This document shows positions 28,330 to 41,014 of a DNA stretch of 64,000 nt, piece after piece. The stretch lies in assembly GCF_964213995.1 (NCBI RefSeq), contig NC_135810.1, positions 1,922,001-1,986,000 on the forward strand, in the 5' to 3' direction. The notes under the pieces were generated by a model. It did not search any database and was not told the DNA's origin. It saw only the letters and a list, made by a program, of their open reading frames with translations. The position numbers were made by a program, and so were the translations under genes. Within the stretch, counting starts at the first letter, position 1; each line of letters starts with the position of its first letter. The DNA is from Mustelus asterias. Lineage: Eukaryota.

Positions 28330-29150
28330 TCCGTAGAATCCCTTCAGTGCAGAGGAAGACCATTCGGCCCATCAAGTCTGCATCGACTCCAAAAGAGCAT
28401 CTTGCCCAGTCCCACCCCGTCCCACCCTATCCTCATAACCCCGTGCATTTACCATGGTTAATCCACCTAATCTACATATATTTGGACACTAAGTGGCAAT
28501 TTAGCATGGCCAATCCACCTAAGCTGCACATCTTTGGACTGTGGAAGGAATGATAGCCAGGTTCCGCACACACAAGGACGGCCTCAACCGGGATATTGGG
28601 TTTATGTCACACTATTTCACATAAATATTTCTGCTTTTTTCCTCCTGAGTCTTTATCATGCGATCCTAGAATCAGAATTTATGTCACACTATTTGTAACT
28701 CCCACAGTTGCGTGGACCTGCAGAGTTTCACTGGCTGTCTTGTCTGGAGACAATACACATCTTTTTAGCCTGTCTTGATGCTCTCTCCACTCCCATTGTT
28801 TTGTTTCTTAAAGACTGGATTAGTTGTAAGTATTCGCATTCCAACCATTATTCATGTAAATTGAGTCTGTGTCTTATAAGTTCTGTTTGTGAACAGAATT
28901 CCCACTCACCTGAAGAAGGGGCTCAGAGCCTCGAAAGCTTGTGTGGCTTTTGCTACCAAATAAACCTGTTGGACTTTAACCTGGTGTTGTTAAACTTCTT
29001 ACTGTGGAAGGAAACCAGAGCACCCAGAGGAAACCCATGCAGACATGGGGCGGGTGTGCAAATTCCACACAGTCACCCAAGGATGGAATCGAACCCGTGT
29101 CCCTGGCGCTGTGAAGCAGTAGTGCTAACCACTGTGCCACCGTGTTGCTG
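28330..29150 (-). mobile_element. HE1 SINE (host of the Penelope-like insertion)
   Basis: V-SINE sequence on both sides of 28551-29000. Confidence 0.85.
28551..29000 (+). mobile_element. Penelope-like element family A, inserted into an HE1 SINE
   Basis: Encodes IARFRTHKDGLNRDIGFMSHYL* once the 60-bp insert and its duplication are removed (PLE GIY-YIG C-terminal GLN motif); hammerhead motif 28907-28943; AATAAA; 13-bp TSD actgtggaaggaa. Confidence 0.82.
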
Positions 29151-29434
29151 ACCTCATTGCTGTTGGTGATGCGACATTGCTATGAGAATCTGTTTTAGTA
29201 AGTTTGTTCCCTGTGTAGATATGTAGATTAAAACTGACCAAAAGTCAGGACAAGTTAATACAGTTGGCATGGTGTTGGAATTCGAAAGGGGGCAAGCTTC
29301 CTGTTTTGCGTTTAAAGATGAGCTACATTGGTTGCACTTTCCAGGAAGCTGATGTGTTCTGGGCTTCGGGAAACCCTGCAAACACCTAATGACTGCAGTC
29401 CCGTGCAGTGTTCAAGTGAAAACCTGATGATCCA

Positions 29435-30201
29435 GTGGTCCATTTTGGCAAGTCAAATGGGATGAAGGAGTACAATATTAAGGGAAAGACTCTTAGTCCT
29501 GTAGAGGATCAGAAGGACCTTGGGGTCCGGGTCCATAGGACTCTAAAATCGGCCCCGCAGGTGGAGGAGGTGGTTAAGAAGGCGTATGGTGTGCTGGCCT
29601 TTATCAATCGAGGGATTGAGTTTAGGAGTCCGGGGATAATGATGCAGCTATATAAGACCCTCGTCAGACCCCACTTGGAGTACTGTGCTCAGTTCTGGTC
29701 GCCTCATTACAGGAAGGATGTGGAAAAGATTGAAAGGGTGCAGAGGAGATTTACAAGGATGTTGCCTGGATTGAGTGGCATGCCTTATGAGGATAGGCTG
29801 AGGGAGCTCGGTCTTTTCTCCTTGGAGAGACGTAGGATGAGAGGAGACCTAATAGAGGTATATAAGATGTTGAGAGGCATAGATCGGGTGAACTCTCGGA
29901 GGCTTTTTCCCAGGGTGGAAATGGCTGCTACGAGAGGACACAGGTTTAAGGTGCTGGGGGGGTAGGTACAGGGGAAATGTTAGGGGGAAGTTTTTCACAC
30001 AGAGGGTGGTGGGCAAGTGGAGTCGGCTGCCGTCAGTGGTGGTGGAGGAAAACTCAATAGGGTCTTTTAAGAGACTCCTGGATGAGTACATGGGACTTAA
30101 TAGGATGGAGGGTTATAGGTAGGCCTAAAAGGTAGGGATATGTTCGGCACAACCTGTGGGGCCGAAGGGCCTGTTTTGTGCTGTAGTTTTCTATGTTCTA
30201 T
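29435..30201 (+). mobile_element. Relatively young 5'-truncated CR1/HER1-like LINE
   Basis: 176-aa open frame with LYKTLVRPHLEYCAQFWSP..IERVQRRFTRM; (ttctatg)-type microsatellite tail. Confidence 0.92.
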
Positions 30202-32087
30202 AACCACCCTGCTGTTTGTGACCGCTAGTTGTGTGGCTGCTCTCTTTCCTATTTTACAGTGGTGACTTCCAAACCAACAGCACTAAGCCCAATCATCACT
30301 GTGTACCATGCCAACAACACACAGATATCAGACTGTGGCAACTGAGAACGATCATCTTTTTAACTTTGTTCATTAAGGGGGTGCTGTGTTGAAGTCAAGG
30401 CGAAGATATGGAGCAAAAGGATCTTCCATGTGGACCTGGCTGATGAGTGCTTGACTTGGTCAAAAGGGAAAGAATATGCATTTATATAGCCCCCACAGGG
30501 CATCTCAGTGTCTTACAATGGAAACACAGAGGTAGGCAGAATGGTAGCCAATTTGATAATGACCAGATATCTTGAAAGTGATGTCGCTTGCTGGGTAAAT
30601 TTTGGCTCAGAGCATCTTTGACATACGAGATTCCTTGGCTCTACTTCAATGTGGGAGCAGGCAGGGCCTTTGTTTAAAGTGTCTTTTAAAAGATGACACC
30701 TCCAAAAGTGCAGCATTTTCTCATTATTGCCAGCCTGGATATTGTGCTCTAGATGCTGGAGTGAGACTTGGAACTCATGATCTTCTGACATGGGAAAGGT
30801 GTTAGTGGGAGAGACTAGGATCCGAGGACACAGCCTCAAGAGTAAAGGGACGACCAATTAGAACTGAGAAGAAGAGAAATTTCTTCAGTCAGAGGGTGGT
30901 TGAATCTATGGAATTCATTGCCACAAAGGGCTGTGGAGGCCAGGTCATTGAGTATACTTAAGACAGAGGTAGATAGGTTCTTGATTGGTAAGGGGATCAA
31001 AGCTTACAAGGAAAAAGTGGGAGAATGGGTTTGAGAAACTTATCTTCCCTGATTGAATGGTGGAGCAGACTCGATGGACCGAATAGCCTACTTCTGCTCA
31101 TATATCTTGTGGTCTTATAGAGGGGAGCGTGCTATCTACTGAGCCGCAACTAACATCTTGCCTCGATGAGCATTTTAATGTCTGTTCATTCTGCTGCTAC
31201 CTAATTTTTCCAGTATTTTTAATTGAGTTGATGTGTTGATATTTGCTTTTGGCATCATCACCATCAGCAGTTCGATTGCCACATGTAGTGTTGTATCCCT
31301 TGCTACTCATTGGGTCTGAGGTTGCTTTAGAATAAGCCTGTTGAGCATTAACAACAACTTTTAACAAACTTCTTAAAGTGTGATGATCACAGCTTTGGTG
31401 TGTATGGAACAGTTTTGTTGTGGGTCTTTCGTGCTCTGTTCCAGATAGTTGTGGAGTGGGATTGACAGTGGGTGTGTCTGTTCTCCGCTGCACTCCTCTA
31501 ACCTAGTACATGCCATGAGTTTTGGGAAAACTACCTGCCACAAATGGCTTATGTATTGTGCCAAACTCCTGTAGAGTCATTTTCCTTTTTTGGTGCTAGA
31601 TTCCATCATGCATAGAGGCTAATCAATTAACAATGACCACATAGGAACCAATCATCTGATGTCCTTTACTGAATTGATTCCAAGGTGCTTAGTTGTTAGT
31701 TTGCTTCAAGTTTGAGTATAGTCAGATGGAGAATAAGGAAAACCTATTCCTGTCAGCAACGATGAGTAAAGAAATTGAAATCCCATAGCATGATACTATT
31801 TTAACACTAACACCTGTTCAGACAGTCTAAGCAGTGTCCTTTAACAGCTGTCACTGCAAGCATAGCAAATCATTCTAACATATAACAGCCCATTTTATTT
31901 GCAAAGTGCCTAGGTAAGCTCGTAAGCCTGAGGTTTAGAACTGTTAGATGTGTCTATTCTGTCCAGCATTGATCAATTTAAGCTCAAAATAAGAAATGTT
32001 TATAAATGTAGATACAAAATTCAGAGAAAATGGAAAAGTACAGAAGTGGATTTTTCGCATTCTGAATAAACCAACGTATAAAAATAG

Positions 32088-32302
32088 AAACAATGATGGA
32101 AAATGCTGGAAAATCTCAGCAGGTCTGACAGCATCTGTGGGGAGAGAACAACAGAGCCAACGTTTCGAGTCAGGGTGACCCTTTGTCAGAGCTCCTGACT
32201 TGAAACGTTGGCTCTGTTCCCTCTCCACAGATGCTGTCAGACCTGCCGAGATTTTCCAGCATTTTCTGTTTCTGCTTCAGATTCCAGTTTGCTTTGATCT
32301 TA
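32088..32302. mobile_element. Penelope-like family B fold-back insertion
   Basis: Inverted arms ~32100-32174 / 32194-32265; 12-bp TSD gtataaaaatag; hammerhead-like motif 32154-32194 on minus strand. Confidence 0.78.
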
Positions 32303-32872
32303 GTATAAAAATAGGATTCTAAAGATTTGTTAATAAAATGTGGACTGACATCAAGGCTGATTCCAGGGATGGAGAGGTTTGTCTTGAGGAAAGGTTGAGT
32401 GGGTTGGGCCTCTGCTCATTGGACATTAGAGGAATGAGAGGCAATCTTATTGAAACATATAAAATTCTGAGGGGGCTTGGCAGAGTACATACGGAGATGA
32501 TGATTTACCTCATGGGAGAATCTAGAACTAGACAACAGAAAAATAAGGGGTCTTCCATTTGAGACTCTGATGAGAAGGATTTTTTTTTTCTGTCTGAGGG
32601 TCATTGGTCTTTGGAATTCTCTTCAGAGAGCCATGGAGCCAATGGTCATTGAATATATTTAAAAGTTAGATTTTTGACAGATTCCTGATAGTGTTAGGGT
32701 CCATTTTCCACTGCCATTTCTCTCTCTTGATTGAAGCAAGTAACGGGTGGTAGATACATGAGGCATCTGGATAGATACGTGATCATGGCTGATCTCCTGT
32801 CTTAACTCCACTTTCCCACCCGCTGCCTGTATCCCTAATTCCCTGGACAACCAAATATTTGTCTATCTCAAT

Positions 32873-33112
32873 GACAATTGCATTGTCTGCACTTGTAAAA
32901 ACGTGATTGCCTGTTGAGATTCGCGTTCCAACCATTATCTTGTAATTGAGTCTGTGTCTATATATGCCCTGTTTGTGAACTCAACTCCCACTCACCTGAT
33001 GGAGCAGCGCTCCGAAAGTTCGTGCTACCAAATAAACCTGTTGGACTTTAACCTGGTGTTGTGAGACTTCTTACTGTGCCTACCCCAGTCCAACGCCAGC
33101 ATCTCCACATCA
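32873..33112 (+). mobile_element. Penelope-like family A pLTR fragment (hammerhead core deleted) within a CR1 relic
   Basis: Same sequence as the other family A copies; core reads CTGAT-GGAGC (GAA lost). Confidence 0.78.
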
Positions 33113-34059
33113 ATATTAAACATACTCCATGATAGAGCATCCACACCCTCCTGTGGTAGAGAATACTAAAAACTCAATATTTTGAGTGAAATCTTTTTCT
33201 CCTCATCCCAGTCCTAAATGATTGGCCCCATATCCTGAGATTGTGACCCTGTGTTCTAGATTCCTCAGCTAACAGAAACAATCGCACTGTCCAGCCCTTT
33301 CAGAATCTTGTATGTTTTAATGAAATCACCTCCTGTCTTCTAAACTCCAGAGAGTATAGACTCAATTAGCTGAGCCTCTTGCCATAGGACAACCCTCTCA
33401 TCGAAGGAACCAATCTAGCGAACCTTCACTGTACTGCCTGTAGTGTAACTATATCCTTTCTTAAACGCGGACACTATTCCAGGTGAGGCTTCACAAAAAC
33501 CCTATCCAATTGTAGTAAGACTTTCTTCTTCTTGTATTTCAATCCTCTTGCAGTAAAGTCCAATATCTGCCATTTGCCTTCCTAAATGCTTGCTATATCT
33601 GTGTGTTAGCATTCTCTGTTAACTTGTATGAGTTAACCCCAATACTCGCTGAACAAATATTATTTTCTATTCTTTCGTAGCTTTGAAGAGACCATTCAGC
33701 CCAGTGTGTCAGTGCTGGATCTTTAACTGAAGCTAAATAGTCTAATCCTATTTTGATACTCTTACTGATTGCATTAAAGTCTTTGTTTCCCTTTGTTTAA
33801 GCATTTCACTATTAACCTCTTCTTGTTTTCATTCCATTGAACTTACACTATCCGATCCATAGCCCTGATATCCTTCCTATGTATAATGGAGTGCCCAGGA
33901 TACCATGCAGTGCAGTGGCCTAGTCAATGACTTGTACATATTCAGCTGCAGTTCCTTCAAGTCAGTGCTCCATGCAAGAAACCTAATGAGTTTTGATACA
34001 CTTGGCACTGTATTAACATGCAGACTTTGAAGTCAGGTGGTTGTTGATTCCAGTGCCTC

Positions 34060-34390
34060 AGCAGAGACTTAAGTCTCAGCCTGGAGTTTGAACTTCAGTG
34101 CAGCACTGTGGGAGTACTGCACTGTTAGAGGTGCCGACTTTCTGGTGAACTGAGGCAGCAACTGCCCTCGGGGATGTAAAAGATCTCATGGCCGCTATTG
34201 AAGGAGGAGCAGAGAGTTTCCCTAACACCGTGGCCAGTGTTTATCTCTCAATCAATGTTAGTAAAATAGATTATCTGGTCAATATCACGTCTCTGTCTCT
34301 GTGGGAATTTGGTGTGTGTAAATAGGTGTAAAGCACTTTGGGATATCCTAAGTTTATGAAGTGTACTATAGAAATAAAAAAACTTTCCTT
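34060..34390 (+). mobile_element. Deu-domain SINE (SacSINE1/AmnSINE1-like); related copies ~5750-5950, 30470-30800(-), 42030-42370(-), 58735-59490
   Basis: cagtgcagcactg.gggagt.ctgcactgt.agaggtgcc...gatgtaaaagatc.catggc..ctattg and gtaaagcactttgg tail. Confidence 0.7.
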
Positions 34391-35762
34391 TCTTTTAATT
34401 AAAACAGAGTTTTGAAATTGTTTGAAAGGATAATTCAAATGAAACAACCTAAGAATTGAAGGAAGTAGACGACATTCAGAATAACCAGCTATGGATTTTC
34501 ATATCAGTAAATGCAGAATAATCAACCAAGAATTTTGGTGCAAGCTTTGGAAAGGGTAAAAAGGAGCTTTACTCGAATGGTTCCAGGGATGAGGGGTTAC
34601 AGTTATTGGGGTGGAAGAGTTAGGGATGTTCTCCTTAATTCGGAGAAGGGTATGATGGGTATAGAGGGATATGGGCCAAATGTGGGCAATTGGGACTAGC
34701 TTAGGGGTTTTTTAAAAAAAAAGGGCAGCATGGACAAGTTGGGCCAAAGGGCCTGTTTCCATGCTGTAAACCTCTGACTCTATAATCATGAAGAGGTTAG
34801 TTAGAGTAAGTAACAAAAAACATTTTTCAAACCTAAAGGGTTGGCAAGCAGAGGGCACAGATTTACGAGTATTGGTGAAAGAAGCAGAGGCGCCATGAGC
34901 CAAGACTTGTTAAATGATGAGTGATTAGGATTTGGAATAGGGTAGTGGATACACATTCAATCATAGCCTTCACAAGGAAATTGGATAAATACTAGGAGGA
35001 GAAAAAATTGCAGGATTTGGAGAAATAACGGGAATGGGGCTAACTAGATTGCCCTTCTAAAGAACTGGCAGACTTAGTGGGCTGAATGGCCTCCTGAACC
35101 GTACTATTCAAAACTGTACTACTCTATGATTCTATCACTGAGTTTTGGCATGGTTTCTGCATTCAAACATTGGTACGGAATTTTGTTTGTATGTCATTGG
35201 TTAGACCACAGCTGGAGTATGGTGGGCAATTCTGGGCACAACAGGATAAAGGTAAAGGTCTTAAAGAGGGTACAGAGGAAGTTTATCACACTGTTCTCAG
35301 GGATTCCTTGTTCTGAGGAGAGATTGAAAAAGTTAGGACAGTTCTGGTTAAAATAGGGAAGGCTAAAAATGACCTAATCGAGGTTTTTAAGGTGGTTCTC
35401 AGAGAGTAAATAGAGAAAAACCGTTCCGTTAGGTGAGTGGGTTAATAACCAGAGATCAGAGGTTTAAAATCATTAGCAAAAGATGTAGAGCGAGAGGAAA
35501 TGTTTTCACTTTGAGTTGTCAGGTACTGGAACTCTACCTGAAAAGGTGATGGAAGCTTATTCCATGAATAATTTTAAAAGTGAGTTGATAGGTGCTTGCG
35601 GTTGAGGAACTTGCAGGGTTGTGGACAAAAGGTGGAGACTGCTCTTTCAAAGAGTCCGCATGAGCATGACGGGCTGAATGTTTGTCTGCTATAAGTTTCT
35701 ATGATTCAAATTGAAGTATTTCTCCAGGCACAGTTATATGAAACGTCTTTGTTTTGTTTCAG

Positions 35763-35899
35763 TAGCCGGATTGAGCTTGGAGATGTTACTCCACATAACA
35801 TCAAACAGCTGAAACGGTTAAACCAAGTCATCTTCCCTGTCAGTTACAACGACAAATTCTACAAGGATGTGCTGGAGGTTGGAGAACTTGCAAAATTAG
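35763..35899 (+). CDS. NAA50: NAA50 exon 2
   Basis: (G)SRIELGDVTPHNIKQLKRLNQVIFPVSYNDKFYKDVLEVGELAKL; ttcag acceptor (cagtag NAGNAG), G|gtaaaa donor; 137 nt. Confidence 0.97.
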
Positions 35900-36149
35900 G
35901 TAAAATTTGTATTTTTGCATGTACATGTATTTACTGCTAAATTGATTTTAAAATAAATTGTCAATGTTTTGTTTGGTCGTATTTTGCCATGATTGAAACC
36001 TGTGCTGGCGCCATTGTCAAATAGTTAGCTAAATTAATATGAGAATCCAATATTTTTTTAATATTCATAGGATGTGGGCATCATCAGGCCAGCATTTAGG
36101 AATATAGGAGCAGAAATAGGCCTTTCAGCCATCAAGTCTGCTCCACCAT

Positions 36150-37415
36150 TCATAGAAACATAGAAACTAGAAGCAGGTGTAGGCCATTCGGCCCTTTGAG
36201 CCTGCTCCGCCATTCATTTTGATCATGGCTGATCATCAAATTCAATATCCTGCTCCCCATATCCCTTGATCCATTTAGCCCCAAGAACTATATCTAATTT
36301 CTTCTTGAAATCAGACAACATTTTGGCCTCAACTACATTCTGTGGGAGTGAATCCCACACATTCACCACCCTCTGGATGAAGGATTTTCTCCTCATCTCA
36401 GTTCTAAAAGGTTTACCCCTTATCCTCAAACTATGACCCCTAGTTCTGGACTGCCCCCACCATTGGGAACATTCTTTCTGAATCTACCCTGTCTAACCCT
36501 GTTAGAATTTTATAAGTTTCTATCAGATCCCCTCTCACTCTTCTAAACTCCAGTGAATATAATCCTAATCGATTTAGTCTTTCCTCATATGACAGACCTG
36601 CCATCCCAGGAATTAGCCCGGTAAACCTTTGTTGTACTCCCTCTATAGCAAGGACATCCTTCCTCAGATAAGGACACCAAACTTACGCACAATATTCCAG
36701 ATGTGGCTTCACCAACACCCTATACAATTGCAGCAAAACATTTCTATCCCTATACGCAAATCCTTTCGCTATGAAGGCCAACATACTATTTGCCTTCTTT
36801 ACTGCCTGCTGTACCTGCACGCTTACTTTCAGTGACTGATGCATGAAGACTCCAAGGTCTCGTTGAATATCCATCTCTCTCAATTTACACCCATTCAAGT
36901 AATAATCTGTCTTCCTATTATTCATAGAAATCATAGAAACCCTACAGTGCAGAAGGACGCCATTCGGCCCATCGAGTCTACACCGACCACAATCCCACCC
37001 AGGCCCTACCCCCACATATTTACCCGCTAATCCCTCAAACCTACGCATCTCAGGACTCTAAGGGGCAATTTTTAACCTGGCCAATCAACCTAACCCGCAC
37101 ATCTTTGGACTGTGGGAGGAAACCGGAGCACCCGGAAGAAACCCACGCAGACACAAGGAGAATGTGCAAACTCCACACAGACAGTGACCCAAGCCGGGAA
37201 TCGAACCCAGGTCCCTGGAGCTGTGAAGCAGCAGTGCTAACCACTGTGCTACCGTGCCGCCCTCTTATTGCTACCAAAGTAGATAACCTCACATTTATCC
37301 ACATTATACTGCATCTGCCATGCAGATACCCACACACTCAGCTTGTCCAAATCACGCTGAAGCATCTCTGCATCCTCCTCACAGCTCACCCTCTCACCCA
37401 ACTTTGTATCACCTG
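36150..37415 (-). mobile_element. CR1/HER1-like LINE fragment with nested full-length HE1 SINE (~36921-37262, minus)
   Basis: QRDLDKL..W...WQMQYNVDKC, KANSMLAFI, KPHLEYC motifs interrupted by an intact V-SINE. Confidence 0.9.
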
Positions 37416-40400
37416 CAACGTTATACGTGTACTTACATGCCATGACAAGCAGCCATTTATTGAAGGTGATGCAAAGCAGAGGGATTCATCAAAATGTTTT
37501 GTGTATATGAAACCACTAGAAAATCCCTCTTCCTGCTTGGGATCTGAATCTAGCTCCAAAAAATTGTGATAAATCTTTTGATTTTCTTTCAAGCCCAATA
37601 ATCAAAATAAAATAATAGTGTTACTGCCATGCATTCAGTCAAGCTTTGGACTGGCGTGTGTTCTGAATGTTTTTTGGAATCTAACTGCTTGCATGTTGGG
37701 ACCATGCAGCAGGGTGACTTCTACCTAAGTTTCTCCCAAAGGGAAGATTGAAATTTTAGCTTTTGAATGCCATACCACCCAGCATCTCTGTTGCATGTTT
37801 GCCACAGATGGAATCCAGATTGGATTGTGTAGGTCAGGGTTTCTGCTTCTCTTGGTACTTAACTCATGCTTTCAGAAAGTCAAGATTTCTACTTCCGCTC
37901 TGTAGGTAAATTATTGCTTGAATGTTACAAAGAATGGCAAGTGACCATGGAATGTGACTACAGCTGCAAGCTAAAGGGGGAACAGCTTCTCCTTTGGCAC
38001 ACTGAAGGGGTGGGAGGAGGCTTGTTGAATCATAGAGCGATTCGGCACAGAAGGAGGCCATTTGGCCCTGTGCCAGTTCTTTGGTAGGGCTATTCGATTA
38101 ATCCCACTGCATCGCTGCTCTTCAACTGCTCGATAATATATTTTCCCATTTGAAAATTACTATTTAATCTGCTTCCACCGCCCTTTCAGACAGCGCATTC
38201 CAGATCACAATAATTCACTGCATTTTTTAAAAAAAAGCTTCATGTCGCAGACCTGAAGCAGCATTGACCAGTTGGGCTGAATGGCCTGTTTCTGTGCTGC
38301 AAATTCTATGTAACTAAAGGCATGAGCAAGATCTGTAACCGGAGCTTGAGCATATTTAAAATCGCAGGTACTAGAGGCTCATACTTTGAAATGTCTGGAG
38401 TGGCCCTGTCTTCTGTTAGTACAGTACCAGATTATCTAATTCCTTGTGTTTGTGTGCGTAGAGGGTTGGGGGGTGTATAGGTGGGTGTGTATGTCTGTGT
38501 GTGTTTAGGTTTGTGCAGATTGGAATGTGTTTTTGAGTCGTGGAGTGAGTTTGATGATGTTGCCCTTGCATCTAGCTGTTGGCAATCCTGAATCACATTG
38601 GAACCTAGCTTTTCAGTGCAAATCTTACAACAATAAATGGTTTCTATGTCAGGAAAGCTTGAAAGCGCAATCTCCTGAGTAGTCCATGACTTTGTGTTCA
38701 TTCTACAGGTGGCTGGTACTTTTTTTTTCATATGAGGCACCCCTGCCAATGCAGCACTCCTTCAGTTCTCCATTGACATCAGTTGAGTTCTGAGATGCCA
38801 GCCCCCTTTCTTCATTGAATCTTTTAAGACATTGACCCAGCCTGGTTAGGAATGGGGTCATGGTTATCCCCTCTGGTACTGGCTCAATCTGGAGGTGGAC
38901 CCATATTGGTTTAGTCTAGTTTAAAGGGAGAGAATCCCAGGCAGATAGAAGAGGAGGACAGGCAATGTTGACATTTTGTCTGTCTGACTACCCTGAACTA
39001 CTTTTGATTTGAAATGACCAAATCCTTGTCCGTGCCTGTTAAAGTAGCAAGGATGCCCTACATGCAAGCACGGTTACAGATTGTCACTGTTTCTATGCTA
39101 CTGTTCTAGAAGGAACTTGTACAATTTTTGTACAAAAGTTAAATGGGATATGCACGAATGAATCCCATGACTGTACAACAGAAATCTGTAGTAGTTTTAC
39201 TAATTGAATCCAAAGGCAAGCCTTTCCTCACTGCATATTGAAATGTTAACAGAAGGGGCCATTCAAACCTGCAAGAGCACGCGTGCATTACTGATCACAG
39301 ACCATCTGTGTTTCAGCAGCTTCTCTTGGCATTTAACAACAGTGGTTGGTATGAGATTTGAGCAGTTCTGTTAGATTTTTTTGGTATTGTGTTCAAGGGG
39401 AAATAAAGCCTGGAAGTAAAAAGAAATGTCCTAATAATATTTCCTGTGTTTTATAGCTTATAGAATCATTCGGCACAGCAGGAGGCCTTACGGCCCATTG
39501 TGTCTGTGCTGGCTCTCCAAAGGAGCTAGTGAATTAAAACCATTCCTAAAGTGAGATTTATTTTCCTTTTGAGTATTTTTCCAGGTCCCTTTTGAAAGTT
39601 CCTATTGAATCTGCTTCCATCACCTTTCCTGGCAGTGCATTCCAAATCTCAACAATTCACTGTGATTTATAAAAACCCCTCTGGCTGGTTACTTGTCTCC
39701 TGCCTATGGAAACAGTTTGATTTGATTTATTATTGTCAGATGTGTTAGTAAACAGTGAAAAGTATTGTTTCTTGCGCGCAATGGAGACACAGCACACCGT
39801 TCATAGAGAAGGAAAGGAGAGCGTGCAGAATGTACTGGCTGGAGTGTAGAGAAAGACGAACTTGGTGCGAGGTAGGTCCATTCAAAAGTCTAATAGCAAC
39901 AGGGAAGAAGCTGTTCTTGAGTCGGTTTCTCCTTGTCTATCCAATCAAAACCCCACCATAACCTTCACCAGACTAACAATGAAATGTTGGCACCTTACTA
40001 CTTCCCTTTGCTACGTCACTGCCTCATCAGCATCTGATTCACTCTTTTTATGTGGATCTTTACCAGCCTTGGAGTTGGTTTACAACTGGCTCCCTCCTGC
40101 AAAGCTGAGTAAGCAACACCAGTTGCCTGGAAGGAGGTTTTGCAGGGTTCTGAGGATTAAATTTGAAATGATTGGGATCCCCAGCGGCAGTCGCCCTAAC
40201 CTGCATCGCTGGAGAAGCTGAAGGGAGAGCTGGGAGGCAATAATAGGGTCAAATTAAACTATAAAATTTAAGATACTTCTCAAAAAAGTGATTAATTGTA
40301 AAAGATATGGAAAATACTTTACACAAAGTTTAATCTCTTTAAAGAAAGATGTATTCTCAGAAAATGATGTAGCTGAGGAAATGCAGCTTATTGTATAATA

Positions 40401-40491
40401 ATTTTTGTTGGGCTTGTTTTAGTTGGAAATGTTTATATGTTTAGTGCTGAATGGTGAAATTAAAGAATTGTTTTATCTGTTTTATTTTCAG

Positions 40492-40611
40492 CTTATTTCA
40501 ATGACATTGCAGTGGGTGCAGTGTGTTGTAGGGTGGATCATTCGCAAAACCAAAAGCGATTGTACATCATGACCCTGGGATGCCTGGCACCATACCGCAG
40601 GCTAGGAATAG
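40492..40611 (+). CDS. NAA50: NAA50 exon 3 (GNAT acetyl-CoA binding RRLGIG motif)
   Basis: AYFNDIAVGAVCCRVDHSQNQKRLYIMTLGCLAPYRRLGI(G); ttttcag acceptor, gtaagt donor; 120 nt. Confidence 0.97.
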
Positions 40612-41014
40612 GTAAGTTGAATAAGAGGATTACAACATTAAGTTTCCTCTGGTGCCTTTATAAACTCAAAGTTTCTTACCTAATTCGACAATGTTGCTTC
40701 AACTCTGCTTGTATTTCTTTGAGCATAAGAGCTTAAGGCTGATCTTATTAGAGGATTTAAGATGATTCAAGTTGATAAGTTAGATAGACACATTAGAGTG
40801 GAACATTCAAACTAGAGTTGGATGCTATGTTAAATGATAGTCAAGCGATGAACGTCAGTGCACTAAATAGCCTGTTCTCATCTTTGGCTTTGATTTTTAT
40901 TGTCTGTTTATCCAGTATATTCCTTGAGCATTATTATGAGCAATACAACATTGAGTGATTGTTCTGACCATCAGTTGCTGGTTAGCTTTGCTCAAGCCTG
41001 CTGGACATGAATAA

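Noticed and set aside
37190-37262. tRNA-like A/B boxes here and at other SINE heads
   Set aside because: They are SINE promoters continuing into SINE bodies, not cloverleaf tRNA genes.
39440-39462. ttttatag|cttat resembling the NAA50 exon 3 acceptor (duplicated exon?)
   Set aside because: Only 5 nt match before a LINE tail begins, which is compatible with chance.
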